Below the pieces are notes generated by a model, which saw nothing but the letters and a program-made list of their open reading frames with translations, searched no databases and had not been told where the DNA came from. From contig JBAZML010000002.1 in assembly GCA_041649835.1 (NCBI GenBank), forward strand, positions 3,318 through 67,317: 64,000 bases of DNA. The letters run 5' to 3'. Position numbers and translations under genes: made by a program. This document shows, piece by piece, positions 54,223 through 63,839 of the stretch (positions are counted from its first letter, which is position 1; every line of letters begins with the position of its first letter). The DNA is from Candidatus Shapirobacteria bacterium (lineage in GTDB: Bacteria > Patescibacteriota > Microgenomatia > UBA12405).

Positions 54223-55080
54223 TTAACTTTTGAGAATTTCTTTCCATCTTTCTACCATACTTGAGCGGTAGGTTTCAAATGGAGACTTTTCTTCTTTGAT
54301 TAAATCTTTTTTAGGTTTATCTTCTACAGTTATTTTGCCCTTGCCCTCAGATACTTCTGCGTTTTTCATTTTCTTTGAGTCGCATTCAGGACACATGGTT
54401 ATGTTGCAGGCTTTATCCGATTTTCCTTCATAACCACATTCAGGACATACACAGTCATTAGACTTTGCATCTTCGGCCTCATGTAGTTTATTTTCTACAA
54501 TAAGATCAAATTTACGATCGATTTCTTTTACGTTTGTTACGCCTTCTAACAGACCCATAACTCGTTTGCGAGCGGGAGTAGTTAGTCCATCAGTTTTTCT
54601 TACTTTATATAGTTCAGCTGCCAGATCTTGAGCATCAGATTCTAATACAAACTTTTCTTCCATTAGGCCGTTAACGTCTTCATTTAACTTAAGAATTTCG
54701 TCTCTAGCTTCATTCAGAAGCTCTCTGGCTTCGTCGTCGAGCACGCCTTCATCAATACCAATACGTACTTTAAACTGGTCAATTAGGTCGGAGTATAGTT
54801 CGCCTTTGCGAGCATACTCCATAATATTCTCGGGAATAATCATCTCTTCTTCTAAGATGTCATCTACGAAATTAGAAAACTTAGAGGTGATATCTTTCTT
54901 ATAGTCTTCAAATTTTTCTTCATAGTGCTCTAAAAGTTTTTCCTTTTCAACTTCAAGGGCCTCGTTTACTTTTTCCTGAACTTTTAGGTCAACAATATCA
55001 TTAAGCTTTTCAGTTATAGCAGCTTGCTGGTCTTCGTTCAAAGACTCGGCTTTTAGCATTTTTAAAATTTCATCAAACAT
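54223..55080 (-). CDS. gp22: prohead core scaffold protein with Zn-finger insertion
   Basis: Acidic coiled coil upstream of gp23, with a CVCPECG...CPEC insertion. Confidence 0.85.
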   Translation of the reverse strand: MFDEILKMLKAESLNEDQQAAITEKLNDIVDLKVQEKVNEALEVEKEKLLEHYEEKFEDYKKDITSKFSNFVDDILEEEMIIPENIMEYARKGELYSDLIDQFKVRIGIDEGVLDDEARELLNEARDEILKLNEDVNGLMEEKFVLESDAQDLAAELYKVRKTDGLTTPARKRVMGLLEGVTNVKEIDRKFDLIVENKLHEAEDAKSNDCVCPECGYEGKSDKACNITMCPECDSKKMKNAEVSEGKGKITVEDKPKKDLIKEEKSPFETYRSSMVERWKEILKS

Positions 55081-55094
55081 TTATCTTCTCCTTC

Positions 55095-55508
55095 TTAGCG
55101 CTGTTTGGTAAGACCAAGTTTTTTACCAGAAAGACCTTTACCCATTTTTTCCATACGAGCAATTTTAGGTTTTAGCTTTCTTATTCTAGCTTTGATCTTA
55201 GCTTTATTTTTACGATAATACATCTTAGACTTTCTACGATTTTTAGCGTTAGTCTTTTTTAACAGACGCACTTCGCTGACTTCACCCTCGTCCTCATTTT
55301 CGGTATCCTCTTCGTCACCCTCATCACCAGAATCAAGTTCGTTGAGAATATCATGTAAACGAACAACCATTTCATCTGATAAATTTTCGTCGTCAAGTTC
55401 TAGTAAAAATTCTACCATGTTATTGACAAGTTCATCATCAGACATTTGTTCGTTTAGAGGTTCGATGTCAGTACCGAGATATTTTCTCAGTTTTTCATCT
55501 ATGTTCAT
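55095..55508 (-). CDS. prohead core/internal head protein (acidic then basic, gp68-like)
   Basis: LNE cleavage-type motif, acidic tract, Lys/Arg-rich tail. Confidence 0.6.
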   Translation of the reverse strand: MNIDEKLRKYLGTDIEPLNEQMSDDELVNNMVEFLLELDDENLSDEMVVRLHDILNELDSGDEGDEEDTENEDEGEVSEVRLLKKTNAKNRRKSKMYYRKNKAKIKARIRKLKPKIARMEKMGKGLSGKKLGLTKQR

Positions 55509-55547
55509 ATATTATTGCCCTCCTATTGAGTTGTAATTCCTATAGAG

Positions 55548-55555
55548 TATTTATA
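55548..55555 (-). promoter_or_regulatory. late promoter TATAAATA
   Basis: Exact consensus upstream of the head core operon. Confidence 0.7.
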
Positions 55556-55578
55556 CAAATTTGCATTTTTGTTACAAA

Positions 55579-55737
55579 TTACTTATGAATTAAAGATTTT
55601 ATCTTCTTTTCTATCTTATATACAACATTACCAACAGGCCCCCGTTTTTTTCTAGAATCGGCGCTAGCTTTTCTAGCGGCCTCAGACCAAGCTTCGCCTA
55701 AAAGCAATTCTATTCTATTTAGTAGTTTTGTATTCAT
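55579..55737 (-). CDS. small putative internal head protein (52 aa, not in ORF track)
   Basis: MNTKLLNRIELLLGEAWSEAARKASADSRKKRGPVGNVVYKIEKKIKSLIHK. GGGGA RBS. Confidence 0.65.
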   Translation of the reverse strand: MNTKLLNRIELLLGEAWSEAARKASADSRKKRGPVGNVVYKIEKKIKSLIHK

Positions 55738-55738
55738 T

Positions 55739-56023
55739 CTATCCCCCAAAAGTTTTCTTGATATTATTTCCTACTGACTGAAATCCCTTTACCGCGATAT
55801 TTTTTAACACCTCTAGTGGAAGCATTTTAAGATCTGAGTAGGCGGATTTAAGTTTTGTTTGAGCGCCTATCAGTCGTTTAAGATTTCTAGCTTCTTCACT
55901 TTCTTCTATTATGGCCTCTATTACTTGAAGGGCTGTGTCTACACTATTAAGCATAGATACATATAAAGCTGCTGCAGAATCCTCATTTAATGTTTTATCT
56001 GAAAAATACTCTTTTAGTTCCAT
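55739..56023 (-). CDS. putative internal head protein
   Basis: MELKEYF...LNE N-terminal targeting/cleavage-like segment. Confidence 0.6.
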   Translation of the reverse strand: MELKEYFSDKTLNEDSAAALYVSMLNSVDTALQVIEAIIEESEEARNLKRLIGAQTKLKSAYSDLKMLPLEVLKNIAVKGFQSVGNNIKKTFGG

Positions 56024-56035
56024 GAATTTATGGCC

Positions 56036-56479
56036 TTATAAGAATTTTATGCCGGTATAAACCGCGTTCTTATTTCTTTTTCTATATGAAGGTAGGTCTA
56101 TAGAATGAATCTCTGTACCTTTGGTTATTGTTATCCTGACTGGATTATAATTGTCAAAATGTACTTTAATATCTAATGGAGTTTGGGCACTTTTAAATAC
56201 CACAGTATCTCCATGTCCGGGGTTATCAGGATCGCTTTTTATAACTCTATCGAAAGCAAAGCCTTTAGATTTTAGAGCAAAATCTATTTTGTCTCTTAGG
56301 TCTCGATAATAGTTTTTACTATCTTCTGTATTTGTTAGTTTTCCTACAAGTTTAGTGATTAAGCTAACAACGAATTTAAGAAGAACTGGAGTAGCAACAA
56401 CCGCAGCAGTTTTAGCTAAAGTTGCAGTTAAGTTTTCAGCCAAAAGTAAATCTATTCTTTTTACGAGATCTTTAGACAT
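56036..56479 (-). CDS. putative internal head protein
   Basis: MSKDLVKRIDLLLAE N-terminus followed by a hydrophobic helix. Confidence 0.6.
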   Translation of the reverse strand: MSKDLVKRIDLLLAENLTATLAKTAAVVATPVLLKFVVSLITKLVGKLTNTEDSKNYYRDLRDKIDFALKSKGFAFDRVIKSDPDNPGHGDTVVFKSAQTPLDIKVHFDNYNPVRITITKGTEIHSIDLPSYRKRNKNAVYTGIKFL

Positions 56480-56481
56480 TT

Positions 56482-57279
56482 CTACCTTCCTACGATTTTA
56501 ATAAGTTTACCGTAAGCCTGTTCTAATAGAGCTCTTGTAGCTACTAACTCAGAATATTTTATCTTATCCCCCGATTCTTTCATTACTTTTTCCATAGTCT
56601 TTAAAGGAAAATAAGTATCAAAAGTATCAATAGTTTTGGCTAATCCACGAACTATTACAGAACCGTTGCCCTCATCTAGTCGAGAAAGCTGATTCATTAA
56701 GAACTTGAAATACTCTTCTTTAAGTTCTTCTACATTAGGCTCGACTTTATCTTCAGAATCATAAGTAGCAAATGTAGTACCTTCATAAATACCATTAACC
56801 CAAGATGGGTTATTTGATGGACTCGAAACTAGATCCCAAAGGATGAGTTTATATTCGTCATTTACAACTCCAGACTCATTGACCGAGCCTAGACCTCTAG
56901 AGCTAATACCTATGGGCCCCTCTTTTAAAAGAGTCTTAGCTATCTGTCCGTTTGGGGTATCTAGAATTTTAGCCTTACCATATAAATCATCCCCCTTCCA
57001 TTCAAGTTGCATTGTTCTAATAGCAACTTTGTCTAGATTGGGTTCTGGGTTTGATGGATGGCCGAGCTCTCCCCATAGAGGAATGCCCTTTTTTAGATAA
57101 GCCTCTTGGAGTTTAGTAACTTCTCTTTCTAAAATAGGTTTCTTGTAAATTCTACCATTAGCATTCTTCTTTTCGGCTGAAGAGAAGATCCCGACTACAT
57201 ATAGACTTTTGTCCTTAGCGTCTTCCTCAAGAACAACGTCGTAACTGCATTCTGTTATCAGTTTTAATCTCTGGTTCAT
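56482..57279 (-). CDS. gp21: prohead protease with C-terminal extension
   Basis: NANGRIY, GELGHP, ILDTPNG, GISSRGLGS, DLVSSPS. Confidence 0.95.
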   Translation of the reverse strand: MNQRLKLITECSYDVVLEEDAKDKSLYVVGIFSSAEKKNANGRIYKKPILEREVTKLQEAYLKKGIPLWGELGHPSNPEPNLDKVAIRTMQLEWKGDDLYGKAKILDTPNGQIAKTLLKEGPIGISSRGLGSVNESGVVNDEYKLILWDLVSSPSNNPSWVNGIYEGTTFATYDSEDKVEPNVEELKEEYFKFLMNQLSRLDEGNGSVIVRGLAKTIDTFDTYFPLKTMEKVMKESGDKIKYSELVATRALLEQAYGKLIKIVGR

Positions 57280-57299
57280 AATAGCTTCCTTTTTATTAC

Positions 57300-57491
57300 T
57301 TATTCTTTTTCGCCTTCCTCTTCCTTCTCTACTTTTACCGGATCTACTTCTTTTTCAAGGCCCACCGTGTCTTTTAAATAACTGTTCTTTGCTGCTTGAA
57401 TTTCTTTTTTGAGAATTTCTTTGGCAGTCACATAATCATCTTTACTAAATGCGTCTAGAGCATCTTTTACTTTTTCGGTGTCAACAGGCAT
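57300..57491 (-). CDS. prohead core protein (gp67-like)
   Basis: Small acidic protein between portal and protease. Confidence 0.6.
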   Translation of the reverse strand: MPVDTEKVKDALDAFSKDDYVTAKEILKKEIQAAKNSYLKDTVGLEKEVDPVKVEKEEEGEKE

Positions 57492-57527
57492 ATGTTATTC
57501 TCCTTATAGTTTATTTATTAAAAATTT

Positions 57528-59090
57528 CTAATATCCACCACTTTGCTGTTGTTCAAGTTTTGGATCAGGTCTGAATCCTAGTTTTATGTCTTCAGCAAAC
57601 GAGGCAGCATTCGCCTTAATATCATTTTCGTCCCATTCTAAATATTTTCTCATTAAGAAGGACTTTCCCATTTCTGGCAAATTTGCGAGTGTGAGATAAT
57701 TATTGAACTTTACTTCTCTCATTATTTGTTCTTGCTTGTCCTTATAGAAAGAAGGCTGAATCATCTTAATGGCTATATTGTCTCTAGTTAATTCGTATTC
57801 AGCTTTAAGACCCTTGAATTCTAGATGAAGTAAAAATAGATTAAGCCACTCATTACAAAAACGATTTTGCTGCCGAGAAAGAAATGTCGCCCATTTGATC
57901 TCATCTCTGCTAATTTCTCCAGCCGGGCTTCTTGAAAATAAAATCTCTGACTCTCTATCACTTTGCATAGCAGAAACCCTAGACATAGGATATTTAAGAG
58001 ACTGATACAGCTTTCTTTGAAAGTACTTAATATCTGAGAGTTCTGTAAACCCAGCTGTAGAAGATCCACCAACAGTAGAAATATCTGAACCTCTTCCCTC
58101 GCTCGACGTACTAAGAAAAAAATTGTCCTGTATAGATAAAACATCAGGATTTTGAGTTAATCTACCAGTACTTGGATCATAACTCTGTTTCTTCATCATA
58201 GAAGACTTTACTTTTTCAACATATTTCATGGCCTTATCTCTGGGCATATTTCCTACGTCTACCTTAAATACTAGTCTCTCGGGGGCCCTCACAATTCGGT
58301 AAATAATGATAGAAGTTTCAAGTAGTTTCAGTGTATTATACGGAACTTTTACCTTTTCCAAATACCCAAAAATCTCAGATTTAAGTCTTCCATAAATACC
58401 ATAGTCTACAAGTCCTATTTGGGCTGGTTCAAATTCAATAACATCTTTTTCTGATGGATTTACTTTTTTACCGGAATCTGGATTAAGATATTGTCTAAAC
58501 TTCTTTATTTTACCTGTTATATGATCGTATTCAAAATCCATAGTTTCTGACGGAAGTTTCTTAATTCCGATAATTCCGTTTTTTTGGTTCTTTTCATCTA
58601 TTATTCTTTCATAGTAAAATCTACCATCAATAAAATAGCTTCTAAAATAATCATAACAGTTTTCATGGAGTTTAAGTTTATTATAGAATAAATCGTCGAA
58701 TTCCTCTTGAAGTTTATCTATAATATTCTTATTCTTTTTAAGATCTTCCTCTTGAATATCGAGCACTAAAACTTTGCCTTCTAGATCTTCTTGGGTAGAT
58801 TCTATACAAGCATCTTCAATAACGTCTGCGATTTCTGGCATTTCAGCGATGTTTCTATAGTTTAAAATTTTTGCTCTTTCATTATCGAAAGTTTTATTTA
58901 TGTAGTGGGCGTAGAACAAATTAAAACTTGAAGTTGACAAAGCCGAAAATTGTGGTAGAAACTCTAACCCCTCACCTGACATATTCTTGGCAATTTTCGG
59001 TGTTAGCGTAGTTCCGCCCTTGTTTTTAAAGGCTGCTATTGACTCATCCAACTTACTTACATAATTTTTTACGCCAGATAATATTCCCAT
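57528..59090 (-). CDS. gp20: portal protein
   Basis: IYRIVRAPERLVFKVDVGNMP, DIKYFQRKLY, EISRDEIK. Confidence 0.97.
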   Translation of the reverse strand: MGILSGVKNYVSKLDESIAAFKNKGGTTLTPKIAKNMSGEGLEFLPQFSALSTSSFNLFYAHYINKTFDNERAKILNYRNIAEMPEIADVIEDACIESTQEDLEGKVLVLDIQEEDLKKNKNIIDKLQEEFDDLFYNKLKLHENCYDYFRSYFIDGRFYYERIIDEKNQKNGIIGIKKLPSETMDFEYDHITGKIKKFRQYLNPDSGKKVNPSEKDVIEFEPAQIGLVDYGIYGRLKSEIFGYLEKVKVPYNTLKLLETSIIIYRIVRAPERLVFKVDVGNMPRDKAMKYVEKVKSSMMKKQSYDPSTGRLTQNPDVLSIQDNFFLSTSSEGRGSDISTVGGSSTAGFTELSDIKYFQRKLYQSLKYPMSRVSAMQSDRESEILFSRSPAGEISRDEIKWATFLSRQQNRFCNEWLNLFLLHLEFKGLKAEYELTRDNIAIKMIQPSFYKDKQEQIMREVKFNNYLTLANLPEMGKSFLMRKYLEWDENDIKANAASFAEDIKLGFRPDPKLEQQQSGGY

Positions 59091-59247
59091 TTTATACTCC
59101 TAAGTATTTTGTACAGTTTATTTTACACATAATAATCAAAAATCAACAAATTCCAAACTTGATAAGTACGAACGGTTTCACGAATATGCCGGTCTATATA
59201 CTCTCGATTAATAATGTTATGTTCTAATAATAAATAGCTAAGAAATT

Positions 59248-59700
59248 TCATTTTATTCCTAAACTTTTTTCAGTCAGTATCTTAAATTCTATTCCATTCT
59301 TTTTACAATATTCATCTGCTGCTTTCCATTTAGCCAAATTCCTAGTATAAGTAACCCATTCTTTTAAATAGTATGAGTCGTTTTTTTTTCTCGCCGGAAC
59401 CTTACATTCTTTTTCTGGTTTGATTTCTATAATGTAGTTGTTAATATTGCCGTCTTTTGTTTTAATTCTTACCATAAAATCTGGATAATAAGATCTAGAT
59501 TTCTTTTTAACAACATCGTAGTATAAAATCCTAATTGATTCACTAGACCATAGTATTATAGAAGATGTCTTGTCACAATATTCACAAAATTTACGTTCCC
59601 ATGAAGATCTACAAACAGCATGAGTCCCTACGAACTTATCTAGATTCTTTGGAACAAATATTGTATGACCTTTACCAACTTTATTTTTTATCCAACTCAT
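59248..59700 (-). CDS. gp4: head completion nuclease (gp4, TnsA-like)
   Basis: RSSWE, WSSE, YYPDF, IEIKP, AKWKAA, ILTE. Confidence 0.93.
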   Translation of the reverse strand: MSWIKNKVGKGHTIFVPKNLDKFVGTHAVCRSSWERKFCEYCDKTSSIILWSSESIRILYYDVVKKKSRSYYPDFMVRIKTKDGNINNYIIEIKPEKECKVPARKKNDSYYLKEWVTYTRNLAKWKAADEYCKKNGIEFKILTEKSLGIK

Positions 59701-60716
59701 GTTTTTATAATATAATTAATTACCAAATATGGTTGTAAATTATTATGCGCAGTCCCGCCGCCGGTAGAAGAAGTTTGATTTTCACCAAGAAAACATGTAA
59801 AACCGCTGCCAGCGGGAACAATATTTCCTCCAGTAAGCATTACTGCGGTATGTGTATGCGAAGGTATTTCATTAGTGATTAAGGTGTGTGTAGCTGCTCC
59901 ACCTGTTTGACCTAAAGAAGTAAAATTAGCATCTAAAGAATTTTTGCCTACTGGAATAATACCTCTTAAATCTGGAACATTAAATGTTGTTGTACCGTCT
60001 CCAACACCATATGTTGTATTCGTAATAGCGAATAAATCAGCATATGTAGTTCTTGATACAGCAGAACCATCACAAAGCAAAAATCCTGTAGGAGCAGAAA
60101 GCCCAGCATATGGAAATATAGAACCCTTAGGAATCAAATCTGTAACATCATCAACATACTTCTTATTAGCGACTTGATAGTCTTCAGTAGGAGCTTCGCT
60201 CGGGGTTAAAGGAAATGCTTGAAAAGTTATTGTGTTTCCTGCTGTACCATCCCATTCAGAATACACCAAAACCGTAGTAGCTCCTACTGTTATAGTTCCA
60301 GAACCCGTAAATATTTGATATGGACCTGCGATAACCGGCCCGCTAAATGTTATTGAAGACCCAGATGCTACACTAATAGTAGCCCCGGCCATAACATAAA
60401 CTGACACATTAGTAGGAATGCTAATACTTCCAGAAATTGTCCATATTCCTGGTACTAATACTAAAGTTCTGGTATTTGGAGACATAAGAGCGATAGCGGC
60501 TATAGCAGCAGCTATTGTAACCTGGTCTTTCGATGTTCCATATATCCTAGCATCTACCCATGGGCCCATAGATATGATGTCTGCTGGCTTTATCGCTGTT
60601 ATATTGTAGCTACCATCAAAAAGTTCTTGAATATATTCCCCAGAGACACCAGTAGGGATTTGAACTATATCAGCGTCTGAATATCCATTGATTATGTTGG
60701 TTTTTAATTCTGACAT
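59697..60716 (-). CDS. fibre protein with phage tail collar domain
   Basis: ANKKYVD, PTGFLLCDGSAVSRTTYADLF, FNVPDLRG, HNNLQPY. Confidence 0.88.
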   Translation of the reverse strand: MSELKTNIINGYSDADIVQIPTGVSGEYIQELFDGSYNITAIKPADIISMGPWVDARIYGTSKDQVTIAAAIAAIALMSPNTRTLVLVPGIWTISGSISIPTNVSVYVMAGATISVASGSSITFSGPVIAGPYQIFTGSGTITVGATTVLVYSEWDGTAGNTITFQAFPLTPSEAPTEDYQVANKKYVDDVTDLIPKGSIFPYAGLSAPTGFLLCDGSAVSRTTYADLFAITNTTYGVGDGTTTFNVPDLRGIIPVGKNSLDANFTSLGQTGGAATHTLITNEIPSHTHTAVMLTGGNIVPAGSGFTCFLGENQTSSTGGGTAHNNLQPYLVINYIIKT

Positions 60717-60728
60717 CTATTTAAGCTC

Positions 60729-62282
60729 CTATATTATTGAAGGGGTATTTAACCATGTCCAATCTGCGAGATCTGTTGAATCTGTGAGGATACCCCATAC
60801 ATCATCTTCCTCTTCTTTCTTACCAAACTCAAAACTTTCATCCAATATATCTAATGTTAAAGCATATGTTGCCCAATATAGAGCTGATACTAAATCATCA
60901 TTGAGATTATTACAAGTAAATTTTCCGCTTTTCTCTGAATAGTCATTCAACTGCTCTAACGTATCACGATCCAGAAGTTCAAGACTGTAATCCTCAATCA
61001 GCTTTTTCATTAACAAAACAGCCTTAGGTTTTGTATTTCTTGTTGCTCTTATTCCTAGATCTGTGGTCTTTGATCCGCAATTATAAAGTTTTGAATATTC
61101 TAGTTCCCACCAAAGTTGATTTACCACAGCAGAACCTTCTGCATTATTTTCACAAATAATCCAAGCCCCATTATAATAAACGCCAAGACGATTAAGTATC
61201 TCTGCATATTTATATACATCCACCATATTATCGTTAAATACTGCTACCTGTTTTAACTTAATAGGTTTTAAACTTATAACCTTTAAAATTTGGGTGCTGG
61301 AATAATGTTCTCCGGTTCCTTTAGCTGTATCAGCTCCAATAACATATACACAACCATCTATAGGCTTCTCATATACAAAAAGTTTACCATTTAAGTCCTT
61401 TGTAATTGGCTGTATATATTTATTAGAAATTTGCTTTAAAACTTCTGGATCAATTACTGTAGAGATAGAGCCGACGAAGGAACATTCAAATTCTTGATTA
61501 AAGAGGACCATATCATTATTCATATTCTTAAGTTGGTCTTCTTTCCACTTCTCGTCTCTTCCTTCTACATCACTCCAGATAGTTTTATAATACTTAAATT
61601 CATTTCTGTTATTTACAGCCCCATCCCATAGTTGGCCAAATAAATTAAACAGGCCTTTTGGAGTAGAAGCTATGATAATTTTAGCATCTTTTGAAGCAGA
61701 AACAGCTGGATAGTTAGACGCCCAAAACTCAGCGGCCAGCTTATCACTGGTCAAGTGAGCGAACTCATCTAATATTAGCAGTGTAATTGTTCTCCCCCTG
61801 AAGGCTGCTTTAGAAGTTGCTGCTGTTTGTATTGTACTTCCGTTCTCAAACGTTATTGAGGTCTCGTTATACTTAGTAATTCCAGGTTTTAGTTTTTCAT
61901 CAAGTTCCTCGTACATTAGTTTTATGCGCTGGAGGAAGTCTTGAGCTGATCTTGCAGAGTTTGATCCTATAGCGACATATGAATCTGGCCTAAATATTGC
62001 ATACCAAAGAGAATAGGATCCCATAGAAACCGTTTTTCCTTGTTGGCGCCCTGAGCAAATTATTACTCTATTGTTATTTAAAACTAAATCGAAAATATCT
62101 CTTTGATATTTTCTAGGAATAAATTCTACTCTACCGTCATCAGGGTGAAGAATGGTTACATGAGATAAGAAATAGTAAAAGTCTTCAGAACATCTAGTAA
62201 GTCGATCTATATCTTCCTTAGAATATTCGAGTTCAGTATTTGGTTTTTTTATAAAACCGAATTCATCGTATTTTATTGTCAT
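60729..62282 (-). CDS. gp17: terminase large subunit
   Basis: RQQGKT Walker A, LILDEFAH Walker B, STPKG, QEFEC, ADTAKG, DDLVSA. Confidence 0.97.
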   Translation of the reverse strand: MTIKYDEFGFIKKPNTELEYSKEDIDRLTRCSEDFYYFLSHVTILHPDDGRVEFIPRKYQRDIFDLVLNNNRVIICSGRQQGKTVSMGSYSLWYAIFRPDSYVAIGSNSARSAQDFLQRIKLMYEELDEKLKPGITKYNETSITFENGSTIQTAATSKAAFRGRTITLLILDEFAHLTSDKLAAEFWASNYPAVSASKDAKIIIASTPKGLFNLFGQLWDGAVNNRNEFKYYKTIWSDVEGRDEKWKEDQLKNMNNDMVLFNQEFECSFVGSISTVIDPEVLKQISNKYIQPITKDLNGKLFVYEKPIDGCVYVIGADTAKGTGEHYSSTQILKVISLKPIKLKQVAVFNDNMVDVYKYAEILNRLGVYYNGAWIICENNAEGSAVVNQLWWELEYSKLYNCGSKTTDLGIRATRNTKPKAVLLMKKLIEDYSLELLDRDTLEQLNDYSEKSGKFTCNNLNDDLVSALYWATYALTLDILDESFEFGKKEEEDDVWGILTDSTDLADWTWLNTPSII

Positions 62283-62285
62283 AAA

Positions 62286-63839
62286 TTATTTACTCTTTAT
62301 GTAATTATAAATTTCTTGCCCACTGTTTACAATAATTTCTATTCCATCCTTTTTATAATTAAGTTTAGAATAATTAATTTCTTTGGAGTGGTAAGGGGGT
62401 TCTTCTAAAGACATGAGAATTTCGCGCTCATAGTCTACTAATTCAAACTCAAATGTATTAGGATCAAATTTAGATTTAAAATAGAGACCTTCATATTTAA
62501 TTATTCCTTTGTCCCAAGTTCCGCCTTCCCACCTACCGTTTTCCCAAATTCCTTTAGTCCAATGCCCTCCTTTCCAAATACCATTAGACCAAATACCATT
62601 AGACCAAATACCATTAGACCAAATACCTCGTTCCCATGTACCATTAGTCCAAACTCCTTTGTCCCAAGTGCCGTTTTTCCAGGTACCTCGTTCCCATGTA
62701 CCATTTAACCATAGACCATTTAACCATAGACCATTGTGCCACGTGCCGCTAGCCCACGTGCCGCTAACCCAAGTTCCATCTTCCCACCTACCATTTTTCC
62801 ATATACCATTATTAAAAATACCTTTTTTCCAAACACCATCTTCCCAAACACCATCTTCCCAAACACCATCTTCCCAAACACCACGAAAAAACCATTTTCC
62901 ATGAGATTTTGTTAATTCTAATCTACCTTTAAGATCTTTAGCTTTTAAAATCCATAGTTCGTCTTTAAGAACCTGATCCCATGTAGTTCCATTGGTCAAT
63001 GTAATATATTTCTTAAGTTCTTCCACCCTAGCGGGCAGTCTTACGATAGTTGTTTTATCAACTTCATGATAAACTCTGTCAGACAATTTAAATATACCCT
63101 GTATCTTTGATTGAACACTTTCTAACCATTTTTCTACAGCCTCTTTAAATCCTGTAAGAGTTTCTAAGGGATATGTTCTAGAAGCTATTCCTAAATAGAC
63201 TCTCTTTGTTTTATCAAAGTATGGTTTAATCATTATTCTAGCTATAGGCCTTTTAATATTCTTGTCATCATCCTTAATTAAATATGCTATAATACTTCCC
63301 TCTGCAATTTCTTTTGGAACATATTTTTGATACTCTCCACCATTAGGGCCCAAAGTCATACATGACTCCCAGTCTCTACCTGTGGACATTCCTGCTATAT
63401 CATACGGATGTCTAGAAATAGCTATTAAAAGTTTATTAGAAGTTCCTGCCATCCTACCATAATCATTATTAAATTTGTTTAAGAGATCTTTTATATCTCC
63501 TTTAGCAAATCCCATTTCTTCGGGTTTCAATTTTTGTAAAACTTTTCCTATTTTCTGTTCGCGTATTTCACCTTTCTTTTTACAAAGACCTTTTAAATAA
63601 TCGGTAATTTCATACCCAAAAACATTTAAAAATCTGTTTAGCGCGTGGGCAATAGGATTATTGAGACCACTATCTATATTAATTTTAGGGGGCGTAAATG
63701 GTATGTAGATCCTATATTTACCGCCAAATAGAGAGTCGTATCGCGACTTGTTCCAATTTCGAGAAAGTTCTTTAGCTGTTGATAAAGGTAAAGTTTCATT
63801 TATCAAAGTTATGAAATATATTAATTTCTCTAAAATCAT
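62286..63839 (-). CDS. putative virion protein with SRHPYD/WESCM domain and WxxGx pentapeptide repeats
   Basis: N-terminal LINE motif, ISRHPYDIAGMSTGRDWESCM, about 25 WxxGx repeats. Confidence 0.75.
   Translation of the reverse strand: MILEKLIYFITLINETLPLSTAKELSRNWNKSRYDSLFGGKYRIYIPFTPPKINIDSGLNNPIAHALNRFLNVFGYEITDYLKGLCKKKGEIREQKIGKVLQKLKPEEMGFAKGDIKDLLNKFNNDYGRMAGTSNKLLIAISRHPYDIAGMSTGRDWESCMTLGPNGGEYQKYVPKEIAEGSIIAYLIKDDDKNIKRPIARIMIKPYFDKTKRVYLGIASRTYPLETLTGFKEAVEKWLESVQSKIQGIFKLSDRVYHEVDKTTIVRLPARVEELKKYITLTNGTTWDQVLKDELWILKAKDLKGRLELTKSHGKWFFRGVWEDGVWEDGVWEDGVWKKGIFNNGIWKNGRWEDGTWVSGTWASGTWHNGLWLNGLWLNGTWERGTWKNGTWDKGVWTNGTWERGIWSNGIWSNGIWSNGIWKGGHWTKGIWENGRWEGGTWDKGIIKYEGLYFKSKFDPNTFEFELVDYEREILMSLEEPPYHSKEINYSKLNYKKDGIEIIVNSGQEIYNYIKSK
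62500..62890 (-). repeat. 15-bp tandem repeat array encoding WxxGx pentapeptides
   Basis: For example ACCATTAGACCAAAT x3 and ACCATCTTCCCAAAC x3 on the plus strand. Confidence 0.9.

Noticed and set aside
59091-59247. Intergenic region upstream of portal as ncRNA
   Set aside because: I could not identify a convincing stem set by eye. Only short matches (AGTACGAA, GTCTATA) to the sheath leader, compatible with chance.
60729-62282. Intein or intron in terminase (also checked portal, capsid and ligase)
   Set aside because: Lengths are normal and motifs are continuous, with no splice-junction signatures.
62500-62890. Repeat array as CRISPR or DGR template/variable repeats
   Set aside because: The repeats are contiguous, in frame and without spacers. 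There is no adenine-specific TR/VR pair or reverse transcriptase in the window.
62501-62904. Alternative-frame and antisense ORFs with MVFGK / QIPLD repeats
   Set aside because: They are shadows of the 15-bp repeat array in 62286..63839 and have no independent RBS.
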